From contig CAZLOH010000023.1 in assembly GCA_964561105.1 (NCBI GenBank), positions 14,025 through 78,024 of the forward strand: a stretch of 64,000 bases of DNA. The letters run 5' to 3'. Both the position numbers and the translations under genes were made by a program. The stretch is from an uncultured Bifidobacterium sp. Lineage in GTDB: Bacteria; Verrucomicrobiota; Verrucomicrobiia; Limisphaerales; JADLHS01. The notes below the pieces were generated by a model, which worked only from the letters and a program-made list of their open reading frames with translations, made no database searches and was not told the origin of the DNA. Positions 47,871-58,326 of the stretch are shown piece after piece; within the stretch, counting starts at the first letter, position 1, and every line of letters begins with the position of its first letter.

Positions 47871-48794
47871 TCAGCGCGCCGGCCGCGTCACGGACACGAA
47901 CGGTTTCAACCGTTGCAACGTCACCGGGCCAATGCCCGGCACCTGTTCGAGATCGTCAACGGACCGGTACGGGCGGTGGGCGATGATGCGTTCGGCCAGT
48001 TTGGGCCCGACTCCCGGCAGTTGCCGCAACTCCTCGAGCGTCGCCCCGTTCACCTCCACCAACACCGGCGTGGCCGGAGCCGGTTTGCTGGAGGTGGTCG
48101 TCACCGGTTTCTCCTCGCCTCCGCGCGGAAACGCCGTCTCGTCCCAGATCCCGCGCTTTTCCGCGCGCGCGTCGAGTTCCAGATTCTTGAGTCGGTTGAC
48201 AAAAGTGGTGGATCGCAGACCGTCCGGCAAGTTTGCCCGCACGCCATAAATGCGAGCCCAACCGTTCGCCACCAGCGCCTCGGCCAGATTGGTGCCGGTC
48301 ACGAGCGCCACCCCATAGAACCGGGCCAGACTGCTGCGCCCCATCGCATTTTGCCAGCGGGTGAGAATCGTGAAATTACGCCCCGCGAGCCGTTCCCGCG
48401 TGAATCGCGCCGCCATCAGCCCGGCGCGCGGCACACTATCGGGTGCAATCCCAAAATACTCCGCCTGATCCTGAATCCGATCCTTCAGCGTGGCATCGCT
48501 CTCCGGCGTATCCACAAAGTACAGGCGGAAAATATATTCGCGCTCCCGGTGAACGACATGAAAGCTGTCGCCGTCCAGCAGCGCGTTGGTCAGCAGCCGG
48601 CAACCATCGAGCACTTCCCATTTGGCTTCCGGCCGATCTCCGGTCCGGCGCGTTTGCGCGAATCCACAAATTGCCTGCGCGCCGAGTGCCACTGCCAAAA
48701 CCAGGTTCAACCAATGCCGGATCTCACCGCCATAGGCCCAAGACCGGATCAATCCGGCCCGCCGGCGATTTGCAATCAACGCTGCGTGCATCAC
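47871..48794 (-). CDS. thermonuclease (SNase)-like domain fused to ComEA-type helix-hairpin-helix DNA-binding region
   Basis: SNase-like core (DGDSFHVV...FRLYFVDTPE...) and C-terminal ...LEELRQLPGVGPKLAERIIAHRPY...LEQVPGIGPVTLQRL (tandem HhH). Confidence 0.6.
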   Translation of the reverse strand: MMHAALIANRRRAGLIRSWAYGGEIRHWLNLVLAVALGAQAICGFAQTRRTGDRPEAKWEVLDGCRLLTNALLDGDSFHVVHREREYIFRLYFVDTPESDATLKDRIQDQAEYFGIAPDSVPRAGLMAARFTRERLAGRNFTILTRWQNAMGRSSLARFYGVALVTGTNLAEALVANGWARIYGVRANLPDGLRSTTFVNRLKNLELDARAEKRGIWDETAFPRGGEEKPVTTTSSKPAPATPVLVEVNGATLEELRQLPGVGPKLAERIIAHRPYRSVDDLEQVPGIGPVTLQRLKPFVSVTRPAR

Positions 48795-49059
48795 ACGGAC
48801 AGGTTAACCCGTTTGCCAACGCGTGCAAGCTACGCGCGCCGCCCGGAGACTTCTTCGGAACTGGAAGGACCGGCAAAAGGATCGGTTTGAGCTTTGTGAA
48901 AACCCGCGCTGCATGCAGCGGTACTACGGTCTTTCCAACCACGCCGCCACCATTACTCACCGCCCGCCGCCACGCGGGCGGATTGGCGGCACGATCACAC
49001 TCTTACCGCAAGCGACGCCCTCTTCGCGTCTCAGCCCTTCCCAATCCTTTGGTGAATTG

Positions 49060-49476
49060 TCAGACATTCTCCTCCTTTTTTCGCAGAAGAACCAAGGCAA
49101 CTCCGGCTGCAACCACGAAGAAACTCAACTGAACCAAGGGGCGAATGGGCCAAAAATTTTCACGAAACTCGCTGGCCGATTTCCAGCCCAGGAGGTGCAG
49201 CGCCACAAAAAGCAACGGCGAGAATACTCCGATCGCTGTCGAGACTCCGATGATGTTCCTCCATGTTTCCGAACGAAACGCGAGTTTGCGATAACCGATC
49301 CAAAACACCCCGTACGGCATAAAACGATAAAGCGCGTCCGCTGCAATTCGCATGAACGGAGGATAAACTGCAACCCCTTCTGCCGAAGCCATGCTGGGCA
49401 GGAAAAAGGTTCCAAAGCTATAAAAACATTGGATGACTACGCCGATGATTATTGAGGTCACGGCCAGTTGCTTCAT
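49060..49476 (-). CDS. small integral membrane protein, function unknown
   Basis: 138 aa with four hydrophobic segments. Confidence 0.4.
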   Translation of the reverse strand: MKQLAVTSIIIGVVIQCFYSFGTFFLPSMASAEGVAVYPPFMRIAADALYRFMPYGVFWIGYRKLAFRSETWRNIIGVSTAIGVFSPLLFVALHLLGWKSASEFRENFWPIRPLVQLSFFVVAAGVALVLLRKKEENV

Positions 49477-49577
49477 GGCTTCGCGCAGTGTATCCCGCAG
49501 GTCACCGCGAGCAAGCGTGACGTTTTGAACGGCGGACGCGGCGGGCGCGGCGAAGAGGCGTTGATGAGATTACAGCA

Positions 49578-49804
49578 GCTCGCGAGGACGCTCGCCCCAC
49601 CGATGCGCGAATTCCGAAGTCCGAGAGCCGAAAGAAATCCGAAGTCTGAAGGCCGAATGACTACCCTTCGCCTGACAGCCTTCCGAACTTGGTCCATCGC
49701 CGCCACGAACCACTTCGGATTTCGGAGCTCGGGCTTCTTTCGGATTTCGGAGATTCGGATTTCGGATTCAACAAGCGGTCGGCTCGCGAGGACGCTCGCC
49801 CCAC
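49578..49804. repeat. repeat cluster: two family 3 half-copies (GCTCGCGAGGACGCTCGCCCCAC) bracketing a hairpin-rich interior with TCGGATTTCGGA-type microsatellite
   Basis: Direct repeats at 49578-49601 and 49782-49804. Between them ccgaagtccgagagccgaaagaaatccgaagtc opposes cttcggatttcggag...ttcggatttcggagattcggatttcgg. Confidence 0.6.
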
Positions 49805-49888
49805 GGGCGGAGTTCCAAGTTCCAAGTTGCAGGTTTGCGCCGACAGGACAGCGGCCCGGTGGACGATGCGATACTGGCTCAGGCCGGG

Positions 49889-50605
49889 CTATGATTCAGG
49901 TGGAATAATGTTTTCATCGCTGGGCGTGTTCTGCCAGCCCGAGGCCAGTTCCTGCCTCAGTTCCGCAGTCAGGCCAAGTCCCTTCTCCAGAAAGACAACT
50001 CCTTCGATACAGCGCAACTGGCTGAACCACTCTTCCCACCCCGCGGCGCGCAATTCCGCGTAAGGAACGGCATGGGGCTGGCCGACGAGAAACAGCAACA
50101 ACTGGCTGCATCCGTCCTCGTCCAGGTGCATCCACTGCCGCGCCTCGCGCCACAGATTCCACGACCCCGAGATCAGGCGCGGTCCGCTGAGGAGAATATC
50201 CGCGATCATGTTGGCCGACGCCCCGGGATAACGGAGCATGAAGGCCAGCCCGCCCAGGACGCCCGCGCGTGCCTGCAATGATGGGGCAGAGACGTAATCG
50301 TCCTGGGGATAATCACCCCAATACCACGGACTCGTTCGCAAGTGCTGAACAAACAGCAGCACCACAAACACTCCGCTCACCACCAGCCGCCATTTGTGTG
50401 AGAGCTGGAGTTTCCCGCCAAACGTCAGTTCGGAAATCGCGGACACGCCCTGGAATCCAAACCACACAATGGCGTAGGTGAACCAAAACGTGAGGAACAA
50501 CACAACGAGACCGGCAAGCAAGACTCCGACGGCAAGCAGCAGGCGCGCCGCAGCGCCGGAGGATTTCTTGCGCTTCAACCACTGCTTGATCGTGTCGGCA
50601 GTCAT
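49889..50605 (-). CDS. membrane protein, function unknown
   Basis: Three N-terminal transmembrane segments then a soluble domain; no motif recognised. Confidence 0.4.
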   Translation of the reverse strand: MTADTIKQWLKRKKSSGAAARLLLAVGVLLAGLVVLFLTFWFTYAIVWFGFQGVSAISELTFGGKLQLSHKWRLVVSGVFVVLLFVQHLRTSPWYWGDYPQDDYVSAPSLQARAGVLGGLAFMLRYPGASANMIADILLSGPRLISGSWNLWREARQWMHLDEDGCSQLLLFLVGQPHAVPYAELRAAGWEEWFSQLRCIEGVVFLEKGLGLTAELRQELASGWQNTPSDENIIPPES

Positions 50606-50870
50606 CTGCGGAGTCTAACTCTGCCGCGACAGGTTCACCGTCGGGACTGTCCCGTCAGGCACGGCGCGGTTTGGTGTTCGGCGGGGAAAATCTTACCTGT
50701 CGGCCAACAGCGACGGTTTTGCCGCAGCCCGCCACCGCGACAAACACGGGTTGCCTTTTGCCACGAGGTTCGATCGTCCGCACGGTTGTCCATGCCTCTG
50801 CCGGCCGGAGCGTGCTTCCGATGAGCAGGCGGACAGCGCAGCCGGATGCGATTTCAACTCCGACTCCCGA

Positions 50871-52394
50871 TCATCCTTTCGCGTCGTCGCCTTTACCCAT
50901 GGCGTTTTTCAGCGCGGGAACTTGTTCGAGCAGCTTCTCGAATTTCACACCGGTCAAACTCTCCAGCACTGGCGGGAGTTGCGCGATGATCTGCGTGACG
51001 TCGCCGGTCAACTTGCTCGCGCCGCCACCAATGCCGCCGCCGGAATTGATGATGACCATCTTCTCCATCTTGGCCAGCGGCTCGCTGATCCGCGCCGCGA
51101 TGTCCGGCATGACGCGGACGAGCAATTCGATGACGGCGGCTTCGTTGTATTGCTTGAAGGATTCGGCCTTGGCTTCCATCGCGGAGGCGGTGGCTTTACC
51201 CTGAGCTTCGATGACCGCGGCCTCGGCCAGACCGCGCGCCTTGTTGGCCTCGGCCTCGGCGATACCAGTCGCTTTCGCCACATCAGCGGTGGCAAAACCT
51301 TTGGCCTTGGCGGCGGAGGCCGCACCGGCGGCCTCAGTCTCAAGCTGGAACTTGGTGGCATTGGCCAGGGTTTCCACCTTGTATCGTTCGGCGTCCGCGG
51401 GTTTCTGCACGTTGGCTTCCAGCTCGCGTTGTTTGCGAAGTATTTCCTGTTGCTGCAACTCGATCTGCTTTTGCTTGGCGACAATTTCCACCTGGACTTC
51501 TTCCGCCTTCACCAACTGGCCGGTCTTGTATTTCTGCAAATCGTAGGCGAGATCGGCCTCGGCTTTCTTCTGATTCACCGTGGCCTGGTAGCCCGCGACA
51601 TTGGTCTGATAATCGCGTTGCGCTTCGGCAATTTTCGAATCCGCGGCGAACTTGGCTTCCTGACCGGCCTGCGTGGCCTGGGAGGATTTGATCATGGCAT
51701 CGCGGTCGGCCTCGGCCTGGGCAATCTGGGCATCGCGTTTTACCTGCGCAATGCGCGGCTTGCCCAGTGCGTCGAGGTAACCCTGGGCATCGCGAATGTC
51801 GCGAATGGTGAAGCTGACAATGCCCAGCCCCATGTTCTGCATGTCCGTGGCGGCCACTTCCTGCACCTTCGAGGCGAAGGCGTCCCGGTTCTGATAAATC
51901 TCCTCCACGGTCATGGTCCCGAGAATGGCGCGCAGGTGACCTTCCAGGGTTTGCATGGCCACGTTTTTAACTTCGTCGGTGGGTTTGCTCAGAAATTGTT
52001 CGGCCGCCGTGGCGATGGAGATGTCGTCGCCTTTGATTTTCACCTGGGCGACGCCGTCCACTTTCACCGGTACACCTTTGCTCGTGTAAACCTCCGGCGT
52101 CTGCACATCAATGGTCATCAATTCCAGCGACAGGATGTCCACCTTTTCGAGGATCGGCACGACGAAGGTGCCGCCCCCCTTCTTGATGCGGAAACCGCGC
52201 GTGCCGACGGCGCCGTTGAGGTCCGTGTATTTGTGTTTCATGCCGGACGCCACCAGCACTTCGTTGGGGCCGACCTTGGTGTAGCGGCTCATCACGGCCA
52301 CAAAGACCAGCAGGACGACCACACCCAGAGCCACCGCTGCCACGATGACGATGGGACCGCTGAAAATGCCGGCAAAGAGAGGAGTCGGGTTCAT
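50871..52394 (-). CDS. flotillin-like SPFH/band-7 protein
   Basis: N-terminal transmembrane helix, SPFH domain, then long A/E/Q-rich flotillin coiled coil (AQAEADRDAMIKSSQATQAGQEAKF...). Confidence 0.8.
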   Translation of the reverse strand: MNPTPLFAGIFSGPIVIVAAVALGVVVLLVFVAVMSRYTKVGPNEVLVASGMKHKYTDLNGAVGTRGFRIKKGGGTFVVPILEKVDILSLELMTIDVQTPEVYTSKGVPVKVDGVAQVKIKGDDISIATAAEQFLSKPTDEVKNVAMQTLEGHLRAILGTMTVEEIYQNRDAFASKVQEVAATDMQNMGLGIVSFTIRDIRDAQGYLDALGKPRIAQVKRDAQIAQAEADRDAMIKSSQATQAGQEAKFAADSKIAEAQRDYQTNVAGYQATVNQKKAEADLAYDLQKYKTGQLVKAEEVQVEIVAKQKQIELQQQEILRKQRELEANVQKPADAERYKVETLANATKFQLETEAAGAASAAKAKGFATADVAKATGIAEAEANKARGLAEAAVIEAQGKATASAMEAKAESFKQYNEAAVIELLVRVMPDIAARISEPLAKMEKMVIINSGGGIGGGASKLTGDVTQIIAQLPPVLESLTGVKFEKLLEQVPALKNAMGKGDDAKG

Positions 52395-52406
52395 AGACTT
52401 ATGGGT

Positions 52407-52985
52407 TCAGGATTGGGGTGAGTTGGTTTTGGTTGTGACGTAAAATTGCGAGCCGACGATGCGCGTGATACGGACCTCGCTGCCGCTACCGACGGGCGCG
52501 CCGGTTTCCTCACGCGCCGGGGCGGTGTAACGGCTGCCCGCCTGGACGTAGGCGATTTCGCCCACGGCATTCGCCGGGATCGGCGTGATCACCGTGGCCG
52601 GCTGGCCGATGAGTGTTGCCACCCGCGATTCACTGGAGCTGTCCGAAGCCCGCACGAGTTTTCCCAGGGCGCTGACCATGGTCCCGGCCACAAACACGGC
52701 GCAGACGACGGACAACCCCGCGCTGACGACTGGTGATTTGGTGGCCTCGAACTGGCTGAAAATCAGGCCGAACGCGCCGAACGCCGCGACAAAGGCCGCC
52801 ATCACGATCGGACTGAAGAAGGACACGCCCGGCGAATCGCTGCTGTCCGCGCCGGCTTCCGCGTGACCGCCACTCCCACCCACGTGGCCGTGGTCGCCTC
52901 CGCCAAAATGCCCGAGCACCGCGGAGCCGAGCACAAACACAAAGCCCACGACCAGACAGAACAGGTAAACGAGAAAGGCGCTCAT
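52407..52985 (-). CDS. NfeD-family membrane protein (flotillin partner)
   Basis: Transmembrane segments plus a C-terminal OB-fold beta-rich region; it sits immediately downstream of the flotillin gene, as is typical. Confidence 0.65.
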   Translation of the reverse strand: MSAFLVYLFCLVVGFVFVLGSAVLGHFGGGDHGHVGGSGGHAEAGADSSDSPGVSFFSPIVMAAFVAAFGAFGLIFSQFEATKSPVVSAGLSVVCAVFVAGTMVSALGKLVRASDSSSESRVATLIGQPATVITPIPANAVGEIAYVQAGSRYTAPAREETGAPVGSGSEVRITRIVGSQFYVTTKTNSPQS

Positions 52986-53390
52986 GATTCAAGGACGTTG
53001 AGCGAGGCCACCACCAGGTTGCGTCGGCGAGTGGATGCGACTCCGGGAAACAGAGTTCGCACGACCGGGTTGCTGGTGTGACTGGACATGGTTCCTCGCG
53101 GATTAGGTTGCCCGCTCAGTAAAAGGACAACCCTCGACTCTAGCAAGCAGGAAACGAACAAGGTTGCTTTGACCGCGCATGACCGGAGGTCGAGTTCTGC
53201 AATCGGCAAGTTGGCGTTCATCTTCTGCGCGGTCATTAAACGACGAAACCACGGATTGCGCTTCTATAATCTGCCGAAGTGATTGGAACGTGACGGTCAA
53301 GCGCAGGTTGACCATTCGCCGGCCGTTGATTCGCCCCCTGCCCCGGCATGAATTCTTTGCCATCGCCCGTCCTCCGTCTATCTTCCCCTG

Positions 53391-55898
53391 ATGAATCTGT
53401 TCGCGCGCCGAAGCCTGATGCTGATGGGCGTCATGGGCTTGAGCGCGTGCGAGCCAGATTCCACCGGAAAGCCAAACCGCATCAGCCCCGTGAATACCAA
53501 CGCACCTGCCACCTACCAGCACACCAACCACCTCGCCTCGGAAAAATCGCCCTACCTGCTCCAGCACGCGCACAATCCGGTGGACTGGTTCGCCTGGGGC
53601 GATGCGGCCTTTGCCAAGGCGCGCCGGGAAAACAAACCGATCTTCCTCAGCATCGGTTATTCGACCTGCCATTGGTGTCATGTGATGGAACGGGAGTCGT
53701 TCGAGGACGAAAAGGTCGGCGCGTTCCTCAACGAGCACTTCGTCAGCATCAAGGTGGACCGCGAGGAGCGACCGGACGTGGACAAGATTTACATGACGTT
53801 CGTGCAATCCACGACCGGCGGCGGCGGCTGGCCGTTGAATGTCTTCCTCACGCCGGACCGCAAACCGTTCTTTGGCGGCACGTATTTTCCGCCGGACGAT
53901 CGTTACGGGCGCGGCAGTTTTCTCTCCGTGCTCCAACAAGTCGCCTCCGTCTGGCGCGAACGCGGGTCAGAAGTCGCCGCGTCCGCCGACGAAATTCAGT
54001 CCCGGCTCGAACTCGCCACGAGCGCCACCAACACTTCCAGCCAGGCGCTCTCGCCGGAAATGCTGCGCCAGGCCGGATTGCTCTTCAAGGAAGCCTACGA
54101 TCCCCGGAACGGCGGTTTCGGCGGCGCACCCAAGTTTCCCCAACCCAGCATGCCCGCGCTCCTGCTGCGCTACGCCCAACGGTTCAATGACGCCGAAGCG
54201 CAGCAGATGGTGTTGAACACCTGCGATCACATGGCCGCCGGTGGGATTCACGATCAACTCAGCGGCGGTTTCGCGCGTTACTCCGTGGACGCCCAATGGC
54301 TCGTGCCGCACTTCGAGAAAATGCTCTACGACAACGCGCAACTCGCGCAGTTGTATCTCGACGCCTATCTCGTCAGCGGCGACACGCGACAGGCCGAGGT
54401 GGTGAGGGACATTCTGGACTACGTCCTGCGCGACATGACGCATCCGGACGGTGGTTTCTATTCCGCCGAAGACGCCGACAGCGAAGGGCAGGAAGGAAAG
54501 TTCTACTGCTGGACGCACGACGAATTGTCCAAACTGCTTTCGCCCGAGGAATTCAACGTGGCCGCGCGCTACTACGGCATCACGAAGGCCGGAAACTTCG
54601 TGGATCACAGCCATCCAACGCCGTTGACGGGGCAGAATGTTTTGAGTGTGGCCGTGCCCCTCACCCGGTCTTCGACCACCCTCTCCCCATCCAATGGGGA
54701 GAGGGAGAAGCGTCCGCCATCGCGCGACAAATCACAGACTGAAGTTGCGACTGCCGCTGCCGCAAAACCCGACAACGCCCGATTGCTGTCCCCTCTCCCT
54801 TTCGGAAGGGGAGAGGGTCAGGGTGAGGGGCTTTTGTCCGGTGACTACGCTCTCCTCGCCTCGGCCAAATCCAAAATGCTCGCTGCGCGCGCTCAGCGCA
54901 TCCGCCCGCACCTGGACGACAAGATTCTCGCTTCTTGGAACGGGCTGATGCTCGGTGCGTTTGCGCGCGCGTACGCCGTACTCGGCGACGAGCAGTATCT
55001 GACCGCAGCCGAAAGGAATTTGAAGTTCATTCGCGAGAAGCTCTGGGTTGAATCATCCGCCCTCACCCCAACCCTCCCCCCCGAGGAGAGGGAGAAACAT
55101 TCCCCGCGTTCTGGCGCAACCCCGACTGCCGACAGTTCAGCACACTCACACCAATCTGCGAGCGCCCAACGGCTGTCCCCTCTCCCCGGGGGAGAGGGTC
55201 AGGGTGAGGGGAAGCGAGCCATCGGAACTCTTTATCACCGCTGGCGTGATGGCGAACGGGACAACGTGCAACTTCTCGAAGCCTACGCCTGTCAACTCGA
55301 CGGCGTCCTCCAGCTTTACGAAGCCACACTTGATCCCAAACATCTCGACTTCGCCCTCGCGCTCGCGGAAACGATGATCGCCAAATTTTACGACGCCGAG
55401 CATGGCGGCTTCTGGCAAAGCGCCGCCGGCACATCGGATTTGATCCTCCGCGTGAAGGACGACTACGACGGCGCCGAACCTTCCGGCAACTCCGTCGCCA
55501 CCCTCGCGCTGTTGAAACTAGCCGCCATCACCGATCGCGCGGATTTCCGGAAGCCCGCCGAAGCCACGCTGCGCTTGTTCTCCACCCGGTTGGAAAAAAC
55601 GCCCCAGGCCGTGCCCTACCTGATGCTCGCATTGGATTTTTCACTGGAAGAACCACGCCGCGTGGTCATCGCCGGCGCCCCGCGATCCGACAAAGCCAAA
55701 GAATTGATTCACGCCGCACATTCGGTTTACCAGCCGGACAAGGTCGTGCTGGGTAATACCGGCGCGGTGGAGGAATTCGCCCACACGTTGCCCGCGAAAG
55801 ATGGCCCGGTGGTTTATCTTTGCACGGGTCAAGCCTGCCAGCCGCCGACGAGCGATCCGCAAACCGTCCGCCGACAACTGAATTCAAAGTCAGAATAA
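53391..55898 (+). CDS. thioredoxin-domain (DUF255/YyaL-like) protein with six-hairpin (N-acylglucosamine-epimerase-like) C-terminal domain, expanded by in-frame repeat insertions
   Basis: [44 protein letters not shown] is the DUF255 thioredoxin-like signature. The protein is 835 aa, versus ~690 typical for the family. Confidence 0.8.
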   Translation: MNLFARRSLMLMGVMGLSACEPDSTGKPNRISPVNTNAPATYQHTNHLASEKSPYLLQHAHNPVDWFAWGDAAFAKARRENKPIFLSIGYSTCHWCHVMERESFEDEKVGAFLNEHFVSIKVDREERPDVDKIYMTFVQSTTGGGGWPLNVFLTPDRKPFFGGTYFPPDDRYGRGSFLSVLQQVASVWRERGSEVAASADEIQSRLELATSATNTSSQALSPEMLRQAGLLFKEAYDPRNGGFGGAPKFPQPSMPALLLRYAQRFNDAEAQQMVLNTCDHMAAGGIHDQLSGGFARYSVDAQWLVPHFEKMLYDNAQLAQLYLDAYLVSGDTRQAEVVRDILDYVLRDMTHPDGGFYSAEDADSEGQEGKFYCWTHDELSKLLSPEEFNVAARYYGITKAGNFVDHSHPTPLTGQNVLSVAVPLTRSSTTLSPSNGEREKRPPSRDKSQTEVATAAAAKPDNARLLSPLPFGRGEGQGEGLLSGDYALLASAKSKMLAARAQRIRPHLDDKILASWNGLMLGAFARAYAVLGDEQYLTAAERNLKFIREKLWVESSALTPTLPPEEREKHSPRSGATPTADSSAHSHQSASAQRLSPLPGGEGQGEGKRAIGTLYHRWRDGERDNVQLLEAYACQLDGVLQLYEATLDPKHLDFALALAETMIAKFYDAEHGGFWQSAAGTSDLILRVKDDYDGAEPSGNSVATLALLKLAAITDRADFRKPAEATLRLFSTRLEKTPQAVPYLMLALDFSLEEPRRVVIAGAPRSDKAKELIHAAHSVYQPDKVVLGNTGAVEEFAHTLPAKDGPVVYLCTGQACQPPTSDPQTVRRQLNSKSE
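54657..55210. repeat. four in-frame copies of palindromic repeat family 1 within the DUF255 gene
   Basis: Copies at 54657-54712 (..[12 protein letters not shown]..), 54790-54830 (..[15 protein letters not shown]..), 55060-55094 (..[11 protein letters not shown]..) and 55177-55210 (..[13 protein letters not shown]..). Each contains a CCCCTCTCCC..GGGGAGAGGG hairpin core. Confidence 0.65.
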
Positions 55899-55946
55899 TG
55901 GGGTCAGAATGATGTTTCGATTATTCTGACCCCATCATTCTGACCC
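55889..55946. repeat. ~60-bp interleaved-palindrome repeat, copy 1 (overlaps the DUF255 stop)
   Basis: GTCAGAATAATGGGGTCAGAATGATGTTTCGATTATTCTGACCCCATCATTCTGACCC is self-complementary; a near-identical copy lies at 56080-56147. Confidence 0.6.
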
Positions 55947-55960
55947 AACTTCGCGGCGCG

Positions 55961-56031
55961 ATAGCAGCCAACGTAAGGAGGCTCATTCTATGGGGACAAG
56001 GAAGTCAGAGCCTCCTTACGTCGGCTGCTAC
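55961..56031. repeat. palindromic repeat family 2 copy (arms ATAGCAGCCAACGTAAGGAGGCTC / GAGCCTCCTTACGTCGGCTGCTAC)
   Basis: Arms at 55961-55984 and 56008-56031 are reverse complements (22/24) with a 23-nt loop. Confidence 0.6.
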
Positions 56032-56079
56032 GGTTTTTCCCTGGAAAAGAGAAGGTCGTCCTCCGCAACCGAGTTCAAG

Positions 56080-56147
56080 GTCAGAATAATGGGATCAGAA
56101 TTATGTTCCGATGATTCTGCCAACATCATTCTGACCCGGCCTCAGTG
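56080..56147. repeat. ~60-bp interleaved-palindrome repeat, copy 2 (overlaps the 3' end of 56126..57877)
   Basis: GTCAGAATAATGGGATCAGAATTATGTTCCGATGATTCTGCCAACATCATTCTGACCC. Confidence 0.6.
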
Positions 56148-57877
56148 CGTGGGTTTGTCCACACCCAGTCGCCCTTTGTGGCGTCCAGAGATCGTTCCTT
56201 ATCTGTCTTCCTACCCAGTTGGCCACCATCGTCAGTCAGATTCCAGCCCACGGAGTAGAGGATATACCCGCCTTCCGGGGTGACGCGGTATCGCAGCGGT
56301 TTGCCGTCCATCACATCGTTCGGAATCCGCTGGATGAACGTGGGCTGGAGGGCCGCCAGTGAATCGGGATATTTGCCGTTCGCCAACCGATAACGCTCGA
56401 GTGCGCACGCAACCTGCCCGGCGTCCACGTAGGTCTGCATGCGCGCGGTTTTTTGAATGGCTTTGGACAGCGAAGGGAATAGCAACGCGGCGAATAGCTT
56501 GTAGGGATGAAATCGCTCACTACCGAGGGCTTCCGTGGCTGCCTCCAGTTGCTGGACGTAATCTGGCAGGACACGATGCGATTTTTCGTCCACAGCGGGC
56601 AGCGAGTAGTTCTGGTGCAGTTGCGATAGGGTCAACATGTTTTGATAAAACCATCCACTCGGGATCAAGGAAACGATCGGGCTTGGCCGCAAACCATACG
56701 GGAACAGCTCGGCGGGATTGAACCAAGGGCCTTGGCGGCGAGCAAAGTCCAGGTCGGAAGTGCTGAAGGCCCGTTCGCCACGCATGGCGCGTTTGTATTC
56801 CGCGAGCAGATTGATCGAAGCCAGATAGGTTTCCATTTCCGTCAATTGCGCCTCGCTCCAAGCATGACGCGCCAGACCTTCCCGAACCGTTTGCAAGTTG
56901 ACCCCGAGGGTTGCGATCCGCACCAGATGATCAACCAGGATGGGTTCGTCGCGAATGGCATCGGAGAGGCGAAACGCCAGCTTCAAATCGTCAAATGCTT
57001 TCCCGCTCTGGTCGGACGCCAGTTCGGCGGTGGCTCGGAGATGAAGCAATTGACACAGGGGCTTTATCGCCCCGAGATGCGGCAGCAGGATTTCAGTGGC
57101 TGGTTCGTAATCGTAGTCAATAGGAAATCGCGCGTCGGGCCGTTCCGCCGCCGCGGTTTGTAATCCGGCCAGGTCGGCGTCGAATTTTCCGAGCGCGACC
57201 AGGATATCGCTGGCCGGCGAGCCTGGTGCGGTCGGTTGGGGATAATTCGTATTGCCCCGATAGAATTCCCGGCAGGCTGCGAGATTGGCGAGCGCACCCG
57301 TTTCCAGGTTTCCCAAGGAGAGTTTTTTCTTCTCACTGGGGACCGCAATGTCCGCCCGCACGCTTATGAGGTGCTGGTAAGCGTTGGTGTCCCGCCAAAC
57401 AATGCCGTTGGTGGTTCGCACGAATTCGAGCGCGGATTTCAGCAAAGGTGCGAGCGCAAAGTTCTTTTCATCCGGCACGGGCGGCGGCGCAAGTTTCGCG
57501 ATGCTGAATTGCTCTCCTTTGGCCTCCCATTCCCGCCGATGTTGGTCCCAAGCCCGTTTCCCGCGCCAGTCTTCCTCGGCGTAGAACAAGGCGATAAGCG
57601 TGGTGACACAGGCGACGCCAAACAAGAAGCGTCGGAGATGTCGCCAGCAACACAACCAGCGCACGAGCCGAAGCAACCCCAGCACGCAGAGCGTCGTCAC
57701 GGTGGCGATGATCACCGCGGACACGGCCAAACTGTCGGTGCTGCCCGGTTCATTCGCGAGTAAGGCCCGGCCGAAAACCGCGACAAAAAGCACGAAGGCG
57801 AGGATCACAAACCAACCCAGCCATTTATATTTGCCGGCAAGCGGTTGGCGCCAATGCTTTCGTGGGTTGTCATTCAT
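56126..57877 (-). CDS. membrane-anchored hypothetical protein (583 aa), co-oriented with the ECF sigma/anti-sigma pair
   Basis: Two N-terminal transmembrane helices then a large soluble domain of unknown function. Confidence 0.5.
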   Translation of the reverse strand: MNDNPRKHWRQPLAGKYKWLGWFVILAFVLFVAVFGRALLANEPGSTDSLAVSAVIIATVTTLCVLGLLRLVRWLCCWRHLRRFLFGVACVTTLIALFYAEEDWRGKRAWDQHRREWEAKGEQFSIAKLAPPPVPDEKNFALAPLLKSALEFVRTTNGIVWRDTNAYQHLISVRADIAVPSEKKKLSLGNLETGALANLAACREFYRGNTNYPQPTAPGSPASDILVALGKFDADLAGLQTAAAERPDARFPIDYDYEPATEILLPHLGAIKPLCQLLHLRATAELASDQSGKAFDDLKLAFRLSDAIRDEPILVDHLVRIATLGVNLQTVREGLARHAWSEAQLTEMETYLASINLLAEYKRAMRGERAFSTSDLDFARRQGPWFNPAELFPYGLRPSPIVSLIPSGWFYQNMLTLSQLHQNYSLPAVDEKSHRVLPDYVQQLEAATEALGSERFHPYKLFAALLFPSLSKAIQKTARMQTYVDAGQVACALERYRLANGKYPDSLAALQPTFIQRIPNDVMDGKPLRYRVTPEGGYILYSVGWNLTDDGGQLGRKTDKERSLDATKGDWVWTNPRTEAGSE

Positions 57878-57882
57878 AGGAG

Positions 57883-58326
57883 TCAGGCGGTGAAAAATTT
57901 ATCGCGGCGCCGGCTCTGCGGTGGCAAGGCCGCCGGTTTGGGCCAGGCGGCGGCGGACTTCGTGGTCGCGCCGACCAGTTCCACGAACAACTCCTCCTGT
58001 TGCCGCAACAGCCGGCGCACCTCCGCCGACGGGGGCACGGACTGCCTTGCGATTCTTTGCGGCGCCGTATCGCGCGCGGCAAAATTCAAGCCGAGAATGA
58101 CCACCCACACCGCCGCCAACGCGCCCCAGGCTCGCGGGGCGGGCCACAGGAGTCCGGCCAGTCGCGATCGAAGCGTTTGATACCACGAGACAGTTGCCAC
58201 CAGCGCGGGCTGACGCCGTTCAACCGCGCGGGCGGCCTGCCGGAGAATGTCCTCCCGCCACCCGGCCGGAACTGGTTTCAGCGGCTGGTGACGGAGGCGG
58301 TCTTCCAATGGAGAATCGTGATTCAT
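57883..58326 (-). CDS. putative anti-sigma factor (single transmembrane helix)
   Basis: 147 aa with a central transmembrane segment; overlaps the ECF sigma gene by 4 bp. Confidence 0.5.
   Translation of the reverse strand: MNHDSPLEDRLRHQPLKPVPAGWREDILRQAARAVERRQPALVATVSWYQTLRSRLAGLLWPAPRAWGALAAVWVVILGLNFAARDTAPQRIARQSVPPSAEVRRLLRQQEELFVELVGATTKSAAAWPKPAALPPQSRRRDKFFTA

Noticed and set aside
53103-53939. 278-aa minus-strand ORF
   Set aside because: It is entirely antisense to the well-supported DUF255 thioredoxin gene and its promoter region, with no domain signal. It is a typical high-GC shadow ORF.
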